From IMG/VR virus record IMGVR_UViG_3300035670_000282, positions 1 to 53,220 of that record: a stretch of DNA of 53,220 nt; one strand, written 5' to 3'. A program made the translations under genes and the position numbers. This DNA is from a virus (Duplodnaviria; Caudoviricetes). This document shows, in pieces, positions 27,610 through 36,866 of this stretch; position 1 is the first letter of the stretch; each line of letters starts with the position of its first letter. The notes under the pieces are model-generated. The model was not told the origin of the DNA and made no database searches. It saw only the letters and a program-made list of their open reading frames with translations.

Positions 27610-28428
27610 ATGCAACAAACTCTATTGGAAGTAACTTATGGGAAACAATACATCAAGGAACTAATTAAGCAGGAAGTAAAGGAAATAGATCTCTCTGAGC
27701 TAATAGATAGTTTAATTGAATTTAAGCTAGAAGCAGGTAGAAATATTATGGTAAGTGCAGAACATATAGCAATAGAACTTACTGCACTTACAGCAGGATT
27801 TACTAAACCAATACAAGAAATAGTAAATGATCTGCATTATGTAATTAAAGAAAATAGTATTCTATCTAAGATAGAAGCTATTGGTTTATCCTTTGAATTA
27901 TTGTATCACTGCAATAAGATAGTATATGAAATCAAAGGGATAAATATAGTTAGCTATTATGACCTAGATGATATTACCTATAGAGCTATAGATAATAAAT
28001 CATTCATACCACCATTTGTAGAACCACCTATACCTTGGACTAGAAATGATGCAGGAGGATACCATAGTATCCAAGAGCATGTAGTACTAGGCCCATACTT
28101 CAATCATCATTCAGAAGAACAAGCTTTAGATGTTCTAAATATACTGCAAGATATTGAATGGAAACTAGATAAACATATTCTTCAATATGAAGAAGAGTCT
28201 AATAAACCATTTGAGAATGCAGATTCTGAAATACAATTTAATGCATTAAAAGAATCTAGTAAGAAAGTATATAAAGAATATGCCAATAAACCATTTTGGT
28301 TAATGTGGCAATTCGATAAAAGAGGTAGACAGTATTCATCTGGATACCACATAAATTTGCAGGCAAGTGGCTATAAGAAGGCAATTATGTCCTTCAATAA
28401 GAAGGAGCTTATTACAGGTAATCTTTAA
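27610..28428 (+). CDS. RNA polymerase II subunit 1 (N4 gp15-like; N-terminal part of a T7-like RNAP)
   Basis: FDKRGRQYSSGYHINLQ motif (DxRGRxY); start ATG 27610 with GGAG RBS. Confidence 0.88.
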   Translation: MQQTLLEVTYGKQYIKELIKQEVKEIDLSELIDSLIEFKLEAGRNIMVSAEHIAIELTALTAGFTKPIQEIVNDLHYVIKENSILSKIEAIGLSFELLYHCNKIVYEIKGINIVSYYDLDDITYRAIDNKSFIPPFVEPPIPWTRNDAGGYHSIQEHVVLGPYFNHHSEEQALDVLNILQDIEWKLDKHILQYEEESNKPFENADSEIQFNALKESSKKVYKEYANKPFWLMWQFDKRGRQYSSGYHINLQASGYKKAIMSFNKKELITGNL

Positions 28429-28451
28429 ATAAATGAAGCTTAGGAGCGGAT

Positions 28452-29426
28452 ATGCAAAAGATAAATCCAATGCAATACATAGCAGTAGCTATAGCTAATC
28501 ACTATGGTTTAGATAAGCTCTCTTGGGATGAGAGAATTAATTGGGTTAAAACCAATATGGATAATCTAGAGAACTTAGTTCCTAGTAGTCCTAAAACTAA
28601 GTACTTGTATATTAAAGCTGTTAAGGCTTTAAGGGATAGTCAAGCTGGTAAACCTACTGGATACATCATGGATCTTGATGCATCTTGTTCAGGTGTACAA
28701 ATAATGGCTGTATTAGGTAAATGTAAGACTTCAGCCTCTACTTGTAATTTAATTAATACAGGTAAAAGAGAAGATACCTACACAAGTGTTCTTAGTTCTA
28801 TTAATGGAGTAAACATTACTAGGACTCAGATTAAGGAAGCTATAGTACCAATGTTATATGGTTCTAAAGCCAAACCAAGAGAACTATTTGGTGAAGGAAC
28901 CAAAGAACTAAAAGCCTTTAATCAGGCTGTCTACAAGACAATTCCAATACTATCTAGCCTAAAACAATTAGCAGATGAATGTTGGAATAGTAATGCTACT
29001 GTTCACAGGTTTACAATGCCTGATGGACATGTAGTTAAACTTCCTACTCTTATTACTAGAGGATATTCGTTCAATAGTGGAAAGAATCCTGTCTTCTATT
29101 CTCACAAGGAAATAGGAATATCTAGCAATTCAACTCCACTACTTAGTGCAATAGTACATGCTACAGATGCTTATGTATCTAGACAAATGGTTAGAATGGC
29201 TAATAAGCAAGGGTTTCAATTAGCTCATATTCATGATTCTTATTTCACTAGTCCTGTATATATGCAGCAAGTTAGAGAGAATTATGTTCATATTATGTAT
29301 GAACTAGCTAAATCTACATTACTGGAAGATATAGTAGAAGAACTTACAGGTAAAAGAACAGAGTTTGAATACAGTAATCCTGATCTATACAAAGAAATTA
29401 GGTATGCTGAATACGCATTAAGCTAA
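28452..29426 (+). CDS. RNA polymerase II subunit 2 (N4 gp16-like; catalytic part)
   Basis: Motif A DLDASCSGVQ, motif B RTQIK-x7-YG, motif C IHDSY, C-terminal YALS. Confidence 0.92.
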   Translation: MQKINPMQYIAVAIANHYGLDKLSWDERINWVKTNMDNLENLVPSSPKTKYLYIKAVKALRDSQAGKPTGYIMDLDASCSGVQIMAVLGKCKTSASTCNLINTGKREDTYTSVLSSINGVNITRTQIKEAIVPMLYGSKAKPRELFGEGTKELKAFNQAVYKTIPILSSLKQLADECWNSNATVHRFTMPDGHVVKLPTLITRGYSFNSGKNPVFYSHKEIGISSNSTPLLSAIVHATDAYVSRQMVRMANKQGFQLAHIHDSYFTSPVYMQQVRENYVHIMYELAKSTLLEDIVEELTGKRTEFEYSNPDLYKEIRYAEYALS

Positions 29427-29430
29427 TCAT

Positions 29431-29460
29431 TAAGCCCTCTATATGAGGGCTTATTTTTTT
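29431..29460 (+). terminator. Rho-independent terminator
   Basis: TAAGCCCTC-TATAT-GAGGGCTTA followed by T7. Confidence 0.9.
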
Positions 29461-29544
29461 AATGTGGTTTGGTGAAAGAAATGAAAACTTTCATAAATAA
29501 ATGTGGTTTTGTGGTTTCAATGAAAACAATAGTTGGAGAAAACA

Positions 29545-29700
29545 ATGAGCGAAGATAAAAGTCGAGTAAAGGTAGTTAAGTGTAAGTGTGACCATAAAGG
29601 ACAGGATAAACTTTATGGACAAGGTATGCGTCTAGCTAACCGTGGAGCTAGTGCTGATAAGCCTGTTTATACTTGTACTGTGTGTGGAGTGAAGCACTAA
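29545..29700 (+). CDS. 51-aa putative Zn-binding protein (absent from ORF track)
   Basis: MSEDKSRVKVVKCKCDHKGQDKLYGQGMRLANRG...CTVCGVKH*; GGAG RBS. Confidence 0.7.
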   Translation: MSEDKSRVKVVKCKCDHKGQDKLYGQGMRLANRGASADKPVYTCTVCGVKH

Positions 29701-29870
29701 TGAAAAAGCTATTTAAGGTTAAAGATCAATATTTTGATAATAAGATGGAAGCAAAAAAATACAGGGATGAACTTGGTGGTGTAGACAACAATGTATATGT
29801 TCAACTAGGTCCAGACCATCAAGGACCACATGGACAAAAAACTAAGTATAAAACATATAAAACTCGTTAA
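29700..29870 (+). CDS. Hypothetical protein
   Basis: TAATG overlap; YFDNKMEAKKYRD..GPDH. Confidence 0.65.
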   Translation: MKKLFKVKDQYFDNKMEAKKYRDELGGVDNNVYVQLGPDHQGPHGQKTKYKTYKTR

Positions 29871-29892
29871 ATGAACCTTAAGGGGATAACAG

Positions 29893-30129
29893 ATGATTCG
29901 TACTGCACATGTTACTAATGCAGCAAATAAACTTATTGTGACGCATTATATGGAAACAGATGGCTGGCCTAAGTATGTAGACTCTCTGTTTAAGGGAGAT
30001 AAGATTACAGATCTTACTCCTAATCAGAAGACTTCATTGTATTATGCTGTTCGTAAATATGGTTTGGGCATTGAAACAAAGTTTTGTTTCGATAAAGAAA
30101 AACAAACTTTTACTTGTTATATATCGTGA
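29893..30129 (+). CDS. Hypothetical protein
   Basis: AGGGG RBS. Confidence 0.6.
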   Translation: MIRTAHVTNAANKLIVTHYMETDGWPKYVDSLFKGDKITDLTPNQKTSLYYAVRKYGLGIETKFCFDKEKQTFTCYIS

Positions 30130-30431
30130 ACAAGCAGCATAGTATTAAAGCTATCCTCTATGATAAGAAAGGAAATATTCTTTCTATTGGTTCAAATAGT
30201 TATACTAAAACTCACCCACTTCAAGCTAAATATGCTAACCAAGTGGGAGAACCAAAGAAGATCTTCTTGCATAGTGAAATTGATGCGATTATTAGATGTA
30301 AAGATTTATCTAAAGCTTATCGTATAGAGGTTTATCGTTTTTATAAAGATGGTAAACCAGCTAATGCTAAACCATGTAAGATATGTGAAAATGCTTTGAA
30401 TCAATTAGGAATACAAGTATGGCATACTTAG
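30114..30431 (+). CDS. Cytidine/dCMP deaminase-fold protein
   Basis: HSE and PCKIC zinc motifs, GSNS; exact start uncertain. Confidence 0.75.
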   Translation: MLYIVNKQHSIKAILYDKKGNILSIGSNSYTKTHPLQAKYANQVGEPKKIFLHSEIDAIIRCKDLSKAYRIEVYRFYKDGKPANAKPCKICENALNQLGIQVWHT

Positions 30432-30676
30432 GTATTGAACAATACAATATAAAACAACTACTAACTGAAATGGTAGGATGTTCAGAATCTATTGAGATTC
30501 TTGAACAGACTATCAATAAAGAAAATCCTAGGGGATATATTGTTATTCAAGGATATGAGCCAAAAGCTGTAGAAACTCTTGCTTATCTTAAACAAAGATA
30601 CAAGTTTCTGGGTTTCTTAGCAAGATCTAGGGGAGCTAAGGATGCCATGTTTGATAAATATGGTATTACTCCTTAA
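30419..30676 (+). CDS. Hypothetical protein
   Basis: AGGA RBS, overlap with upstream gene. Confidence 0.55.
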   Translation: MAYLGIEQYNIKQLLTEMVGCSESIEILEQTINKENPRGYIVIQGYEPKAVETLAYLKQRYKFLGFLARSRGAKDAMFDKYGITP

Positions 30677-30742
30677 AAATAAGGAAACATGCTTTTATTA
30701 ATGATTCTTAGGAGGATCTAGATAATAGTATGTTTCCTTTCT

Positions 30743-30818
30743 GGGTCTATAGCACAATGGTTAGTGCAGCAAGCTCATAACTTGTTGGTTACTGGTTCAA
30801 GTCCAGTTAGACCCACCA
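30743..30818 (+). tRNA. tRNA with CAT anticodon (probably Ile2/lysidine type; Met possible)
   Basis: GGGTCTA/TAGACCC acceptor stem, CTCATAA loop, GGTTCAAGTCC T-arm, encoded CCA. Confidence 0.92.
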
Positions 30819-30825
30819 AACAAAA

Positions 30826-30902
30826 CTCCTAGTAGTTCAGTTGAATAGAACAACTGCCTTCTAAGCAGTAGGTCACAGGTTTGAGTCCTGTCTAGGAGAC
30901 CA
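30826..30902 (+). tRNA. tRNA-Arg(TCT)
   Basis: CTCCTAG/CTAGGAG acceptor stem, ACTGC-CTTCTAA-GCAGT anticodon arm, CCA. Confidence 0.92.
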
Positions 30903-30906
30903 ACAT

Positions 30907-30993
30907 GCTAGTATGGTGGAATAGGTATACACAACAGACTTAAAATCTGTCAGCAGAAATGCTATGTCGGTTCAAGTCCGACTACTAGCACCA
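30907..30993 (+). tRNA. tRNA-Leu(TAA)
   Basis: GCTAGTA/TACTAGC acceptor stem, ACAGA-CTTAAAA-TCTGT anticodon arm, long variable arm, CCA. Confidence 0.92.
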
Positions 30994-31001
30994 ATTATCC
31001 A

Positions 31002-31082
31002 CTCAAGTAGGTGATGCAAAGTGTCGAGCTACGCTTAAAGTTCTAGAGATCCTACTTGAGATCCCTCCTGTGTCTCTAGAAC
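31002..31082 (+). ncRNA. Putative pseudoknotted RNA downstream of the tRNA cluster
   Basis: Two interleaved perfect 10-bp pairings: 31002-31011/31051-31060 and 31040-31049/31073-31082. Confidence 0.5.
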
Positions 31083-31204
31083 ATGCTCACTATCAAAATA
31101 ACCTAAAACTAAACTCTATAGTTTTTGGTTCATATCTAAATAACTAAACCCCTTATCTTCAATATAAGCCCTTTTATAGGGTAGTCAGCCTAAAGGTTAA
31201 ACCA

Positions 31205-31556
31205 ATGGATATAAATGAAGCTAGAATGGTAACTCCTAAACAGTTGCCTGAATTACTGGTGGATATAATCAAAGCAAAGCTAGTTCCTAATATCATCTCC
31301 TCACCTGGTTTAGGTAAGAGTGATATTGTTAGACAAGTAGCTAGTGAGCATAATCTTCAGCTCATTGATATGCGTTTATCCCAAATGGATGTAACTGACA
31401 TACTAGGCTTCCCCAATATCGTTAATGGTAGAAGTGCTTATCTACCTCCAGAGATGTTTCCTATTGAAGCAGATCCAATTCCTACTGATAAGAATGGTTG
31501 GATTCTATTTCTAGATGAACTGTCTAGTGCATCTCCAGCAGTACAAGCAGCATCCT
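31205..31556 (+). CDS. AAA+ ATPase (N4 gp24-like), exon 1
   Basis: SSPGLGKS Walker A, LFLDE Walker B; joins exon 2 to give ...VQAASYQLILDR. Confidence 0.88.
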
Positions 31557-32504
31557 TAATTTAAGTTAGGAAGTAATTAATTACTAAGATGAAAATAAAC
31601 AAATGATATTAGTAATTAATTATGGAGAGCTTAAGGGTTTCATACTAGAAATAGTATGTCAAAACTTGCCTAAAACGGGAAACTCTGATTACATTATATA
31701 ATGCTTGCATTTTTAGTACAAGCTGGTATAATGTAAAGACAATCCGTTACTAAATAGGTAAAGTTATGGAAATTTGGAAAGACATAGTTGGTTATGAAGG
31801 TTTATATGAAGTTTCTTCATTAGGTAGAATTAAATGCCTAGAGCGAAAAGTAAACACTAAAGGAAATAGTTTAAGAACAGTAAAAGAAAGAATCCGTAAA
31901 CCTCAAATTAAACAAAATGGTTATCATATAGTTAATTTAGGTAATGGAAAAGGTAAAGTAACAACTTTTAGTGTTCATCAAATAGTTGCTCAAGCTTTTA
32001 TTCCTGGTTTTATTAAAAGTACTGAAATCAATCATATTGACGGTAATCCAGGTAATAATAATATTAAAAATTTAGAAATTAGTAATCCCTCACACAATCA
32101 ATTACACGCTATATCTTTAGGTTTAAAACCTAAATATGGAGTCACTTCCAAATACTATCGTGTCTCTTATTTAAAAAATCCAAAAGCTAAAAATAAATGG
32201 GCAGTCTGTATAAATCATCAAGGAAAATCATCTTATGGATGGAAAACTTTTTATACAGAATTAGAAGCTGCTCAGTATGCTGATAAACTTTTAGATTTAA
32301 TAGGGGATACAGTTAGACCCCGTAACTTTCCTTAAATGTCCAACGACTATCCCATTTTGGGAGTACACCTAAGCAGGTGGAAACGGCAAGAATCTTAACA
32401 AGTAATGTTGAAGATTTTGATATAGTCTGCTCTGCATAGAAATATGCAGCAGTTACCTTTTAAGGTAACGGCTAGAAATTAGCGATTTCTAGTGAACATA
32501 TAGG
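31557..32504 (+). mobile_element. Group I intron (IA2-like) in the AAA ATPase gene
   Basis: Exon ends in U paired to G in P1; P (AAACGGGAAACTC), Q (CAATCCGTTACTAA), R (CAACGACTAT), S (GATATAGTCT); P3 CTTGCC/GGCAAG; terminal G; splicing restores the frame. Confidence 0.9.
31766..32335 (+). CDS. Intron-encoded NUMOD4-HNH homing endonuclease with AP2-like C-terminus
   Basis: EIWKDIVGYEGLYEVSSLGRI, INHIDGNPGNNNIKNLE, TSKYYRVS..KW..F.TELEAAQYAD. Confidence 0.9.
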   Translation: MEIWKDIVGYEGLYEVSSLGRIKCLERKVNTKGNSLRTVKERIRKPQIKQNGYHIVNLGNGKGKVTTFSVHQIVAQAFIPGFIKSTEINHIDGNPGNNNIKNLEISNPSHNQLHAISLGLKPKYGVTSKYYRVSYLKNPKAKNKWAVCINHQGKSSYGWKTFYTELEAAQYADKLLDLIGDTVRPRNFP

Positions 32505-33184
32505 ATCAATTAATTCTAGATCGAATGACAGGGAAGCATAATCTACATAAGAATGTAGCTCTTATTGCAGCAGGAAATAAAATGTCAGATAAGGCTGTAG
32601 TAAGTCGTACATCTACAGCACTTCAATCTCGTATGGTTCATCTTGAGTTAAAGGTGAATAAGAATGATTGGATTGAATGGGCTGATACTCATGGAGTAGA
32701 TTACAGAGTTAAAGGCTTTATTGAATTTAAGCCTGACTTACTTCACAAGTTTGATCCAAACCATAGTGATGTAACATTCCCAGCACCTCGTACATGGGAT
32801 TTTACCAGTAGAATAATCAAAGACTGGAAAACCATTCCTGATAGTAAGCTTCCAATTCTAGCTGGTACTGTAGGTACAGGAGCAGCATTTGAATTTAAGC
32901 ACTACTGTAAGGAATACGATAATCTACCCACAATAAACCAAATACTGAATAATCCAGAGAGTATTACAGTTCCTCAAGAACCAAGTACTCTATTTGCTAT
33001 TACTTCTTTAATTAGTCATAACCTGACTCCTCAGACTGTTAGTAAAATTATTAAATTTATAAACAGACTACCAAAGGAGTTTCAGATTATTACTCTTCAA
33101 GGAGCTATTCGTATGGATAAGCTTCTATTAAAAGAAGAAGTAATTAAAGGATGGATTAGCAATAATTCTAGAGAGCTATTCTAA
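32505..33184 (+). CDS. AAA+ ATPase (N4 gp24-like), exon 2
   Basis: IAAGN sensor 1, STALQSR arginine finger, PRTW sensor 2. Confidence 0.88.
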
Positions 33185-34278
33185 TGACATTGGAAGAATC
33201 CCTTAGTAAAGCTAAATTAGGAGTACTACTGAAAGGATCTGTATTCTTAACTACTATCATGCTAAGTATGAAGCATGAATTAGATGAATCAATACCTACA
33301 GCAGCTACTAATGGATTAATTGTTAAATATAATCCTAAATTCCTTAGTTCATTAAGTTATGAAAGGAGAATTGGATTAGTAGCACATGAAGTATGGCATC
33401 TTGCTCTTAACCACATGGTTAGGGGTAAAGATGCAGATCATCGAATCTATAACATGGCAGGAGATTATGTAATTAATCTTTTATTAGTTACTAATGGATT
33501 TGAGATACCTGAAGAAGGCTTACTAGATTATAAATATACTGGTTGGAGTACTGAAGAGGTTTATGATGATCTAATAGCTAATGCTATTGATGTACCATGT
33601 GATATGGATATTCAATATGCTACTGGTGAAGAAGAACAGGATATAGAACCTCAAATAACTGAGATATTAGTTAAAGCAGTAACTCAATCTAAGTTAGTAG
33701 GTGAAGCAGCAGGACTTATTCCTAATGAGATAACCAGATTAATTGATAGTTTAATTAATCCTAAGTTATCTTGGAATGATATTCTCTTTCAGTATTTAAC
33801 TAATAAGCAAAAGACTGAGATTAGTTGGAAGAAACCTAATAAGAGATTCTTCCCTAAACATATATTACCTACTCAATATTCAGATAGATTAGAGAATATA
33901 ACAATAGCTATAGATACATCTGGTTCTATTACAGATGAAATGCTAAGAAATATACTCTCTGAGATTAGATATATCCATGAAGTATTAAAACCAGAAGTAT
34001 TAAGAATTATTGATTGTGATTGTAGGATTAATAATATCTACGAGATAGATGAGTATACAGATATTATGGATCTTAAGTTTACAGGTGGAGGAGGTACTTC
34101 CTTTAGACCTGTATTGACTTATTGTGAAACCAATCCACCAACAGTTCTATTGTACTTCACTGACCTTTATGGTCATTTAAAGCAAGAAGAAACAGAGTAT
34201 GATCTCTATTGGATCTGTTACTCTAAACATCCTAAAGCACCATTTGGGACTACTATTTATTATGAACATACTAGTTAA
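33184..34278 (+). CDS. Metallopeptidase-like plus vWA domain protein (N4 gp25-like)
   Basis: HEVWH (HExxH), DTSGS MIDAS, GGGGT, FTD; paired with the AAA ATPase. Confidence 0.88.
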   Translation: MTLEESLSKAKLGVLLKGSVFLTTIMLSMKHELDESIPTAATNGLIVKYNPKFLSSLSYERRIGLVAHEVWHLALNHMVRGKDADHRIYNMAGDYVINLLLVTNGFEIPEEGLLDYKYTGWSTEEVYDDLIANAIDVPCDMDIQYATGEEEQDIEPQITEILVKAVTQSKLVGEAAGLIPNEITRLIDSLINPKLSWNDILFQYLTNKQKTEISWKKPNKRFFPKHILPTQYSDRLENITIAIDTSGSITDEMLRNILSEIRYIHEVLKPEVLRIIDCDCRINNIYEIDEYTDIMDLKFTGGGGTSFRPVLTYCETNPPTVLLYFTDLYGHLKQEETEYDLYWICYSKHPKAPFGTTIYYEHTS

Positions 34279-34489
34279 GTTTGGATATGATAGTGCATAT
34301 ATTTTCCCTCACAAAGAAGGAATACAAGTAATAGAAGCATTAAGTAAAGCACTTAAATTTAAGGATGGCTATAGTTCTAATTCTACTATAGAAGATATAG
34401 AAGAAGGTACTATATCTTTCTCATTAATCTCTGATAATAGAATTAAAGAGATTAAGACAGCAATGCTTTTGAGTAATGAAAATGTATGA
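34262..34489 (+). CDS. Hypothetical protein
   Basis: Likely start ATG 34262 (MNILVKFG). Confidence 0.55.
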   Translation: MNILVKFGYDSAYIFPHKEGIQVIEALSKALKFKDGYSSNSTIEDIEEGTISFSLISDNRIKEIKTAMLLSNENV

Positions 34490-34961
34490 TCCAAACACTA
34501 TTAAACATGGGATTATTAATTATCTATACGAAGCTCCTAGACAAGCACTACAAGATGAAATAACCAAGATAGCAAATAAGAATCTTGAGATTCAAAAGAT
34601 TCCTAAAGGAAGCTATACCTATGTTCTATACCAAGGCAGAGCAATTAATAATCTTATTGTACCTAGAGGTATGCCAATGGGATATACCTCATTGGTTAAT
34701 GAATTGGTTCCCCATTATAGAATATTAAACCAAGAACTTACTGAGCTTAGACAAGAAAAAGAATTAGTCTCTAGTTTTATAAGTCAATTATTTTTGGTTT
34801 GTGATAATACAGTTACTATGAGAAAACTATTACCTAAAGAATTAGATAAATTCTTTGGTGATAGTAATTCATATTTAAGTGATAATCCTAAGCCTGTTAA
34901 TGAAAAATACATTCAGATAATCAAAGAAAGAATCTTGACTAATCTCCTTCTAAGGAAATAA
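34476..34961 (+). CDS. Hypothetical protein
   Basis: 161-aa ORF in operon. Confidence 0.65.
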   Translation: MKMYDPNTIKHGIINYLYEAPRQALQDEITKIANKNLEIQKIPKGSYTYVLYQGRAINNLIVPRGMPMGYTSLVNELVPHYRILNQELTELRQEKELVSSFISQLFLVCDNTVTMRKLLPKELDKFFGDSNSYLSDNPKPVNEKYIQIIKERILTNLLLRK

Positions 34962-34962
34962 G

Positions 34963-35145
34963 ATGCAAGCCGTTAGATGTGAACAATGTGGCTTCTTTTG
35001 TTTAACAGAGAAACCAAAACTAGATTATGTGGAATACTGCCCTATTTGTAGTGGTATTACTTTCAGACAAAATATGAGTGATAAAGATGTCCAAAATCTC
35101 AGACAATATCTCAAGGATTATTTTCAAAGCGGACGAATTAATTGA
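34963..35145 (+). CDS. Zn-ribbon mini-protein
   Basis: CEQC...CPIC. Confidence 0.55.
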   Translation: MQAVRCEQCGFFCLTEKPKLDYVEYCPICSGITFRQNMSDKDVQNLRQYLKDYFQSGRIN

Positions 35146-35252
35146 TGATCTATCTAAATTAGCATTAATGAATAAAACCATTAATGTACATGAAGCAAGT
35201 AATTCACTAGTATCTTTAATAATCCAATTAGAAAAGTATAAGGAAAAGTTTA

Positions 35253-35762
35253 ATGACTAATCAAGAAATTATCCTTCAGTATCTTAAGGGTTCATTTGAA
35301 CCAGTAAAAGCTCTACTCATAGCTGAAGATCTGGATATGTCCCGTAAGAGTGTTAAAAATGCTCTAGAAGAGCTTAAAAAGAAGGGACTGGTAGATTGGG
35401 ATAGGTTTGCTGGTTGGTATCCTGTACTGCCTCCTACAGCCCCTGTAGAGGTATCTACAGGCTATACCTGGGAAGAACTACAAGGTAAGATTCTTGTATG
35501 GGCAGACAGTAAAGGATTGCTTAAGAATCCTAATCCTACTGCTCAATTAGCTAAAACTTTAGAAGAAGCTGTAGAGACTCTACAAGCAGTAATTAAGAAA
35601 GATGAACTAGAAATTATTGATGGTTTGGGGGATATTCTAGTTACTATCATTATTGCAGCAGAACAGATGGGATATGATCTTCTAGATTGTGGAAATCATG
35701 CTTATTCTGTAATTAAAGATAGAACAGGAAAAAATGTAAATGGAATGTTCGTTAAGGACTAA
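35253..35762 (+). CDS. Winged-HTH fused to a MazG-like nucleotide pyrophosphohydrolase
   Basis: N-terminal IAEDLDMSRKSVKNALEELKKKGLV; C-terminal KTLEEAVE..IIDGLGDILVT..IKDRTGK.VNG.FVK. Confidence 0.8.
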   Translation: MTNQEIILQYLKGSFEPVKALLIAEDLDMSRKSVKNALEELKKKGLVDWDRFAGWYPVLPPTAPVEVSTGYTWEELQGKILVWADSKGLLKNPNPTAQLAKTLEEAVETLQAVIKKDELEIIDGLGDILVTIIIAAEQMGYDLLDCGNHAYSVIKDRTGKNVNGMFVKD

Positions 35763-35996
35763 TCCAATGCAATACTCAATAGAAAGTGTGGATAAAGAAG
35801 ATGAAGGTTTTACTGTTAAAGTAAATGTTCCTGATCCTTTATCAATTATGCATTCTATTGAGTTCTTTATCCCTGTTACTGTATTTATAGAATCTGAAAA
35901 AACTCCTAAGCAACTTATTAATCAAGCTATCAGAGAAATATTAATAGGTGCTGAAATGGAGTACAAAACCAGTTGCACATTACATTAGGAATCAAT

Positions 35997-36866
35997 ATGA
36001 AAGGCATAGGTGGAATAGAAGCAAAGATAATTGCGGATTCAATAGCTAATGGAATTAGGCTTACTACCCTTCAATTAAAATATCCTAGATTTATCCATCA
36101 AGAGTTCTTAACTCATAGAATGTTTAGTAGAAATAGTTCTAGTAGTAGAGCTATACCTGTTGACAAGATGATTCAACAAGTTAAGACTAAGCCTGCACAT
36201 CCTATTCATTGGGGAAAGAATAAACCAGGAATGCAAGCTGAAACTCAAGTAGATTGTATCTTCTTAGCTCAGGATACTTGGTTAAGGGCAGCAACTAGTG
36301 CTGCATATAGCGCAACAGATTTACTTAATCAAGGAATCCATAAACAAGTAACTAATAGGATATTAGAGCCTTTTCAGTTTATGCATACAGTAGTTACTGC
36401 TACAGAGTGGAGGAATTTCTTTGAGCTTAGATTACATCCTGATGCTCAACCTGAAATTCAAGAACTAGCTAAGACAATGAAATCTGCTATGGATCATTCT
36501 ATCCCAATAGAGCTTAAATCAGATCAATGGCATCTTCCTTATATAAATGAAGAAGAACTTGATGGTTTAGACTTTCTAGTTAGTCTAGATACACTCAGAA
36601 AGGCTTCCGTAGCTCGCTGTGCAAGGACTTCTTACCTTAACCATGATAACACCCAGCCTAACCTAGAAAAGGATCTAGAGCTTGCTTACAAGCTCCTAGA
36701 AGCTGGTCATTGGTCTCCCTTTGAACATCAAGCTACTCCTATGACACATACAAAAGATATTTGGTCTGATGTAGGTCAAACTCACATGGATAAAAGTGGA
36801 AATCTATGGAGTGGTAACTTTAGAGGTTGGAATCAGTACAGACATTATCAAGATACAAATCAATGA
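35997..36866 (+). CDS. thyX: Flavin-dependent thymidylate synthase (ThyX/Thy1-like)
   Basis: THRMFSRNSSSSRAIP, HKQVTNRILEPF, FFELR..AQPEI, SVARCARTSY, HWSPFEH. Confidence 0.85.
   Translation: MKGIGGIEAKIIADSIANGIRLTTLQLKYPRFIHQEFLTHRMFSRNSSSSRAIPVDKMIQQVKTKPAHPIHWGKNKPGMQAETQVDCIFLAQDTWLRAATSAAYSATDLLNQGIHKQVTNRILEPFQFMHTVVTATEWRNFFELRLHPDAQPEIQELAKTMKSAMDHSIPIELKSDQWHLPYINEEELDGLDFLVSLDTLRKASVARCARTSYLNHDNTQPNLEKDLELAYKLLEAGHWSPFEHQATPMTHTKDIWSDVGQTHMDKSGNLWSGNFRGWNQYRHYQDTNQ

Noticed and set aside
31002-31082. HDV-like/theta ribozyme or tmRNA fragment next to the tRNAs
   Set aside because: No P3/L3/P1.1 element between the stems on either strand, and no tRNA-like domain or convincing tag frame; kept as an unclassified pseudoknot
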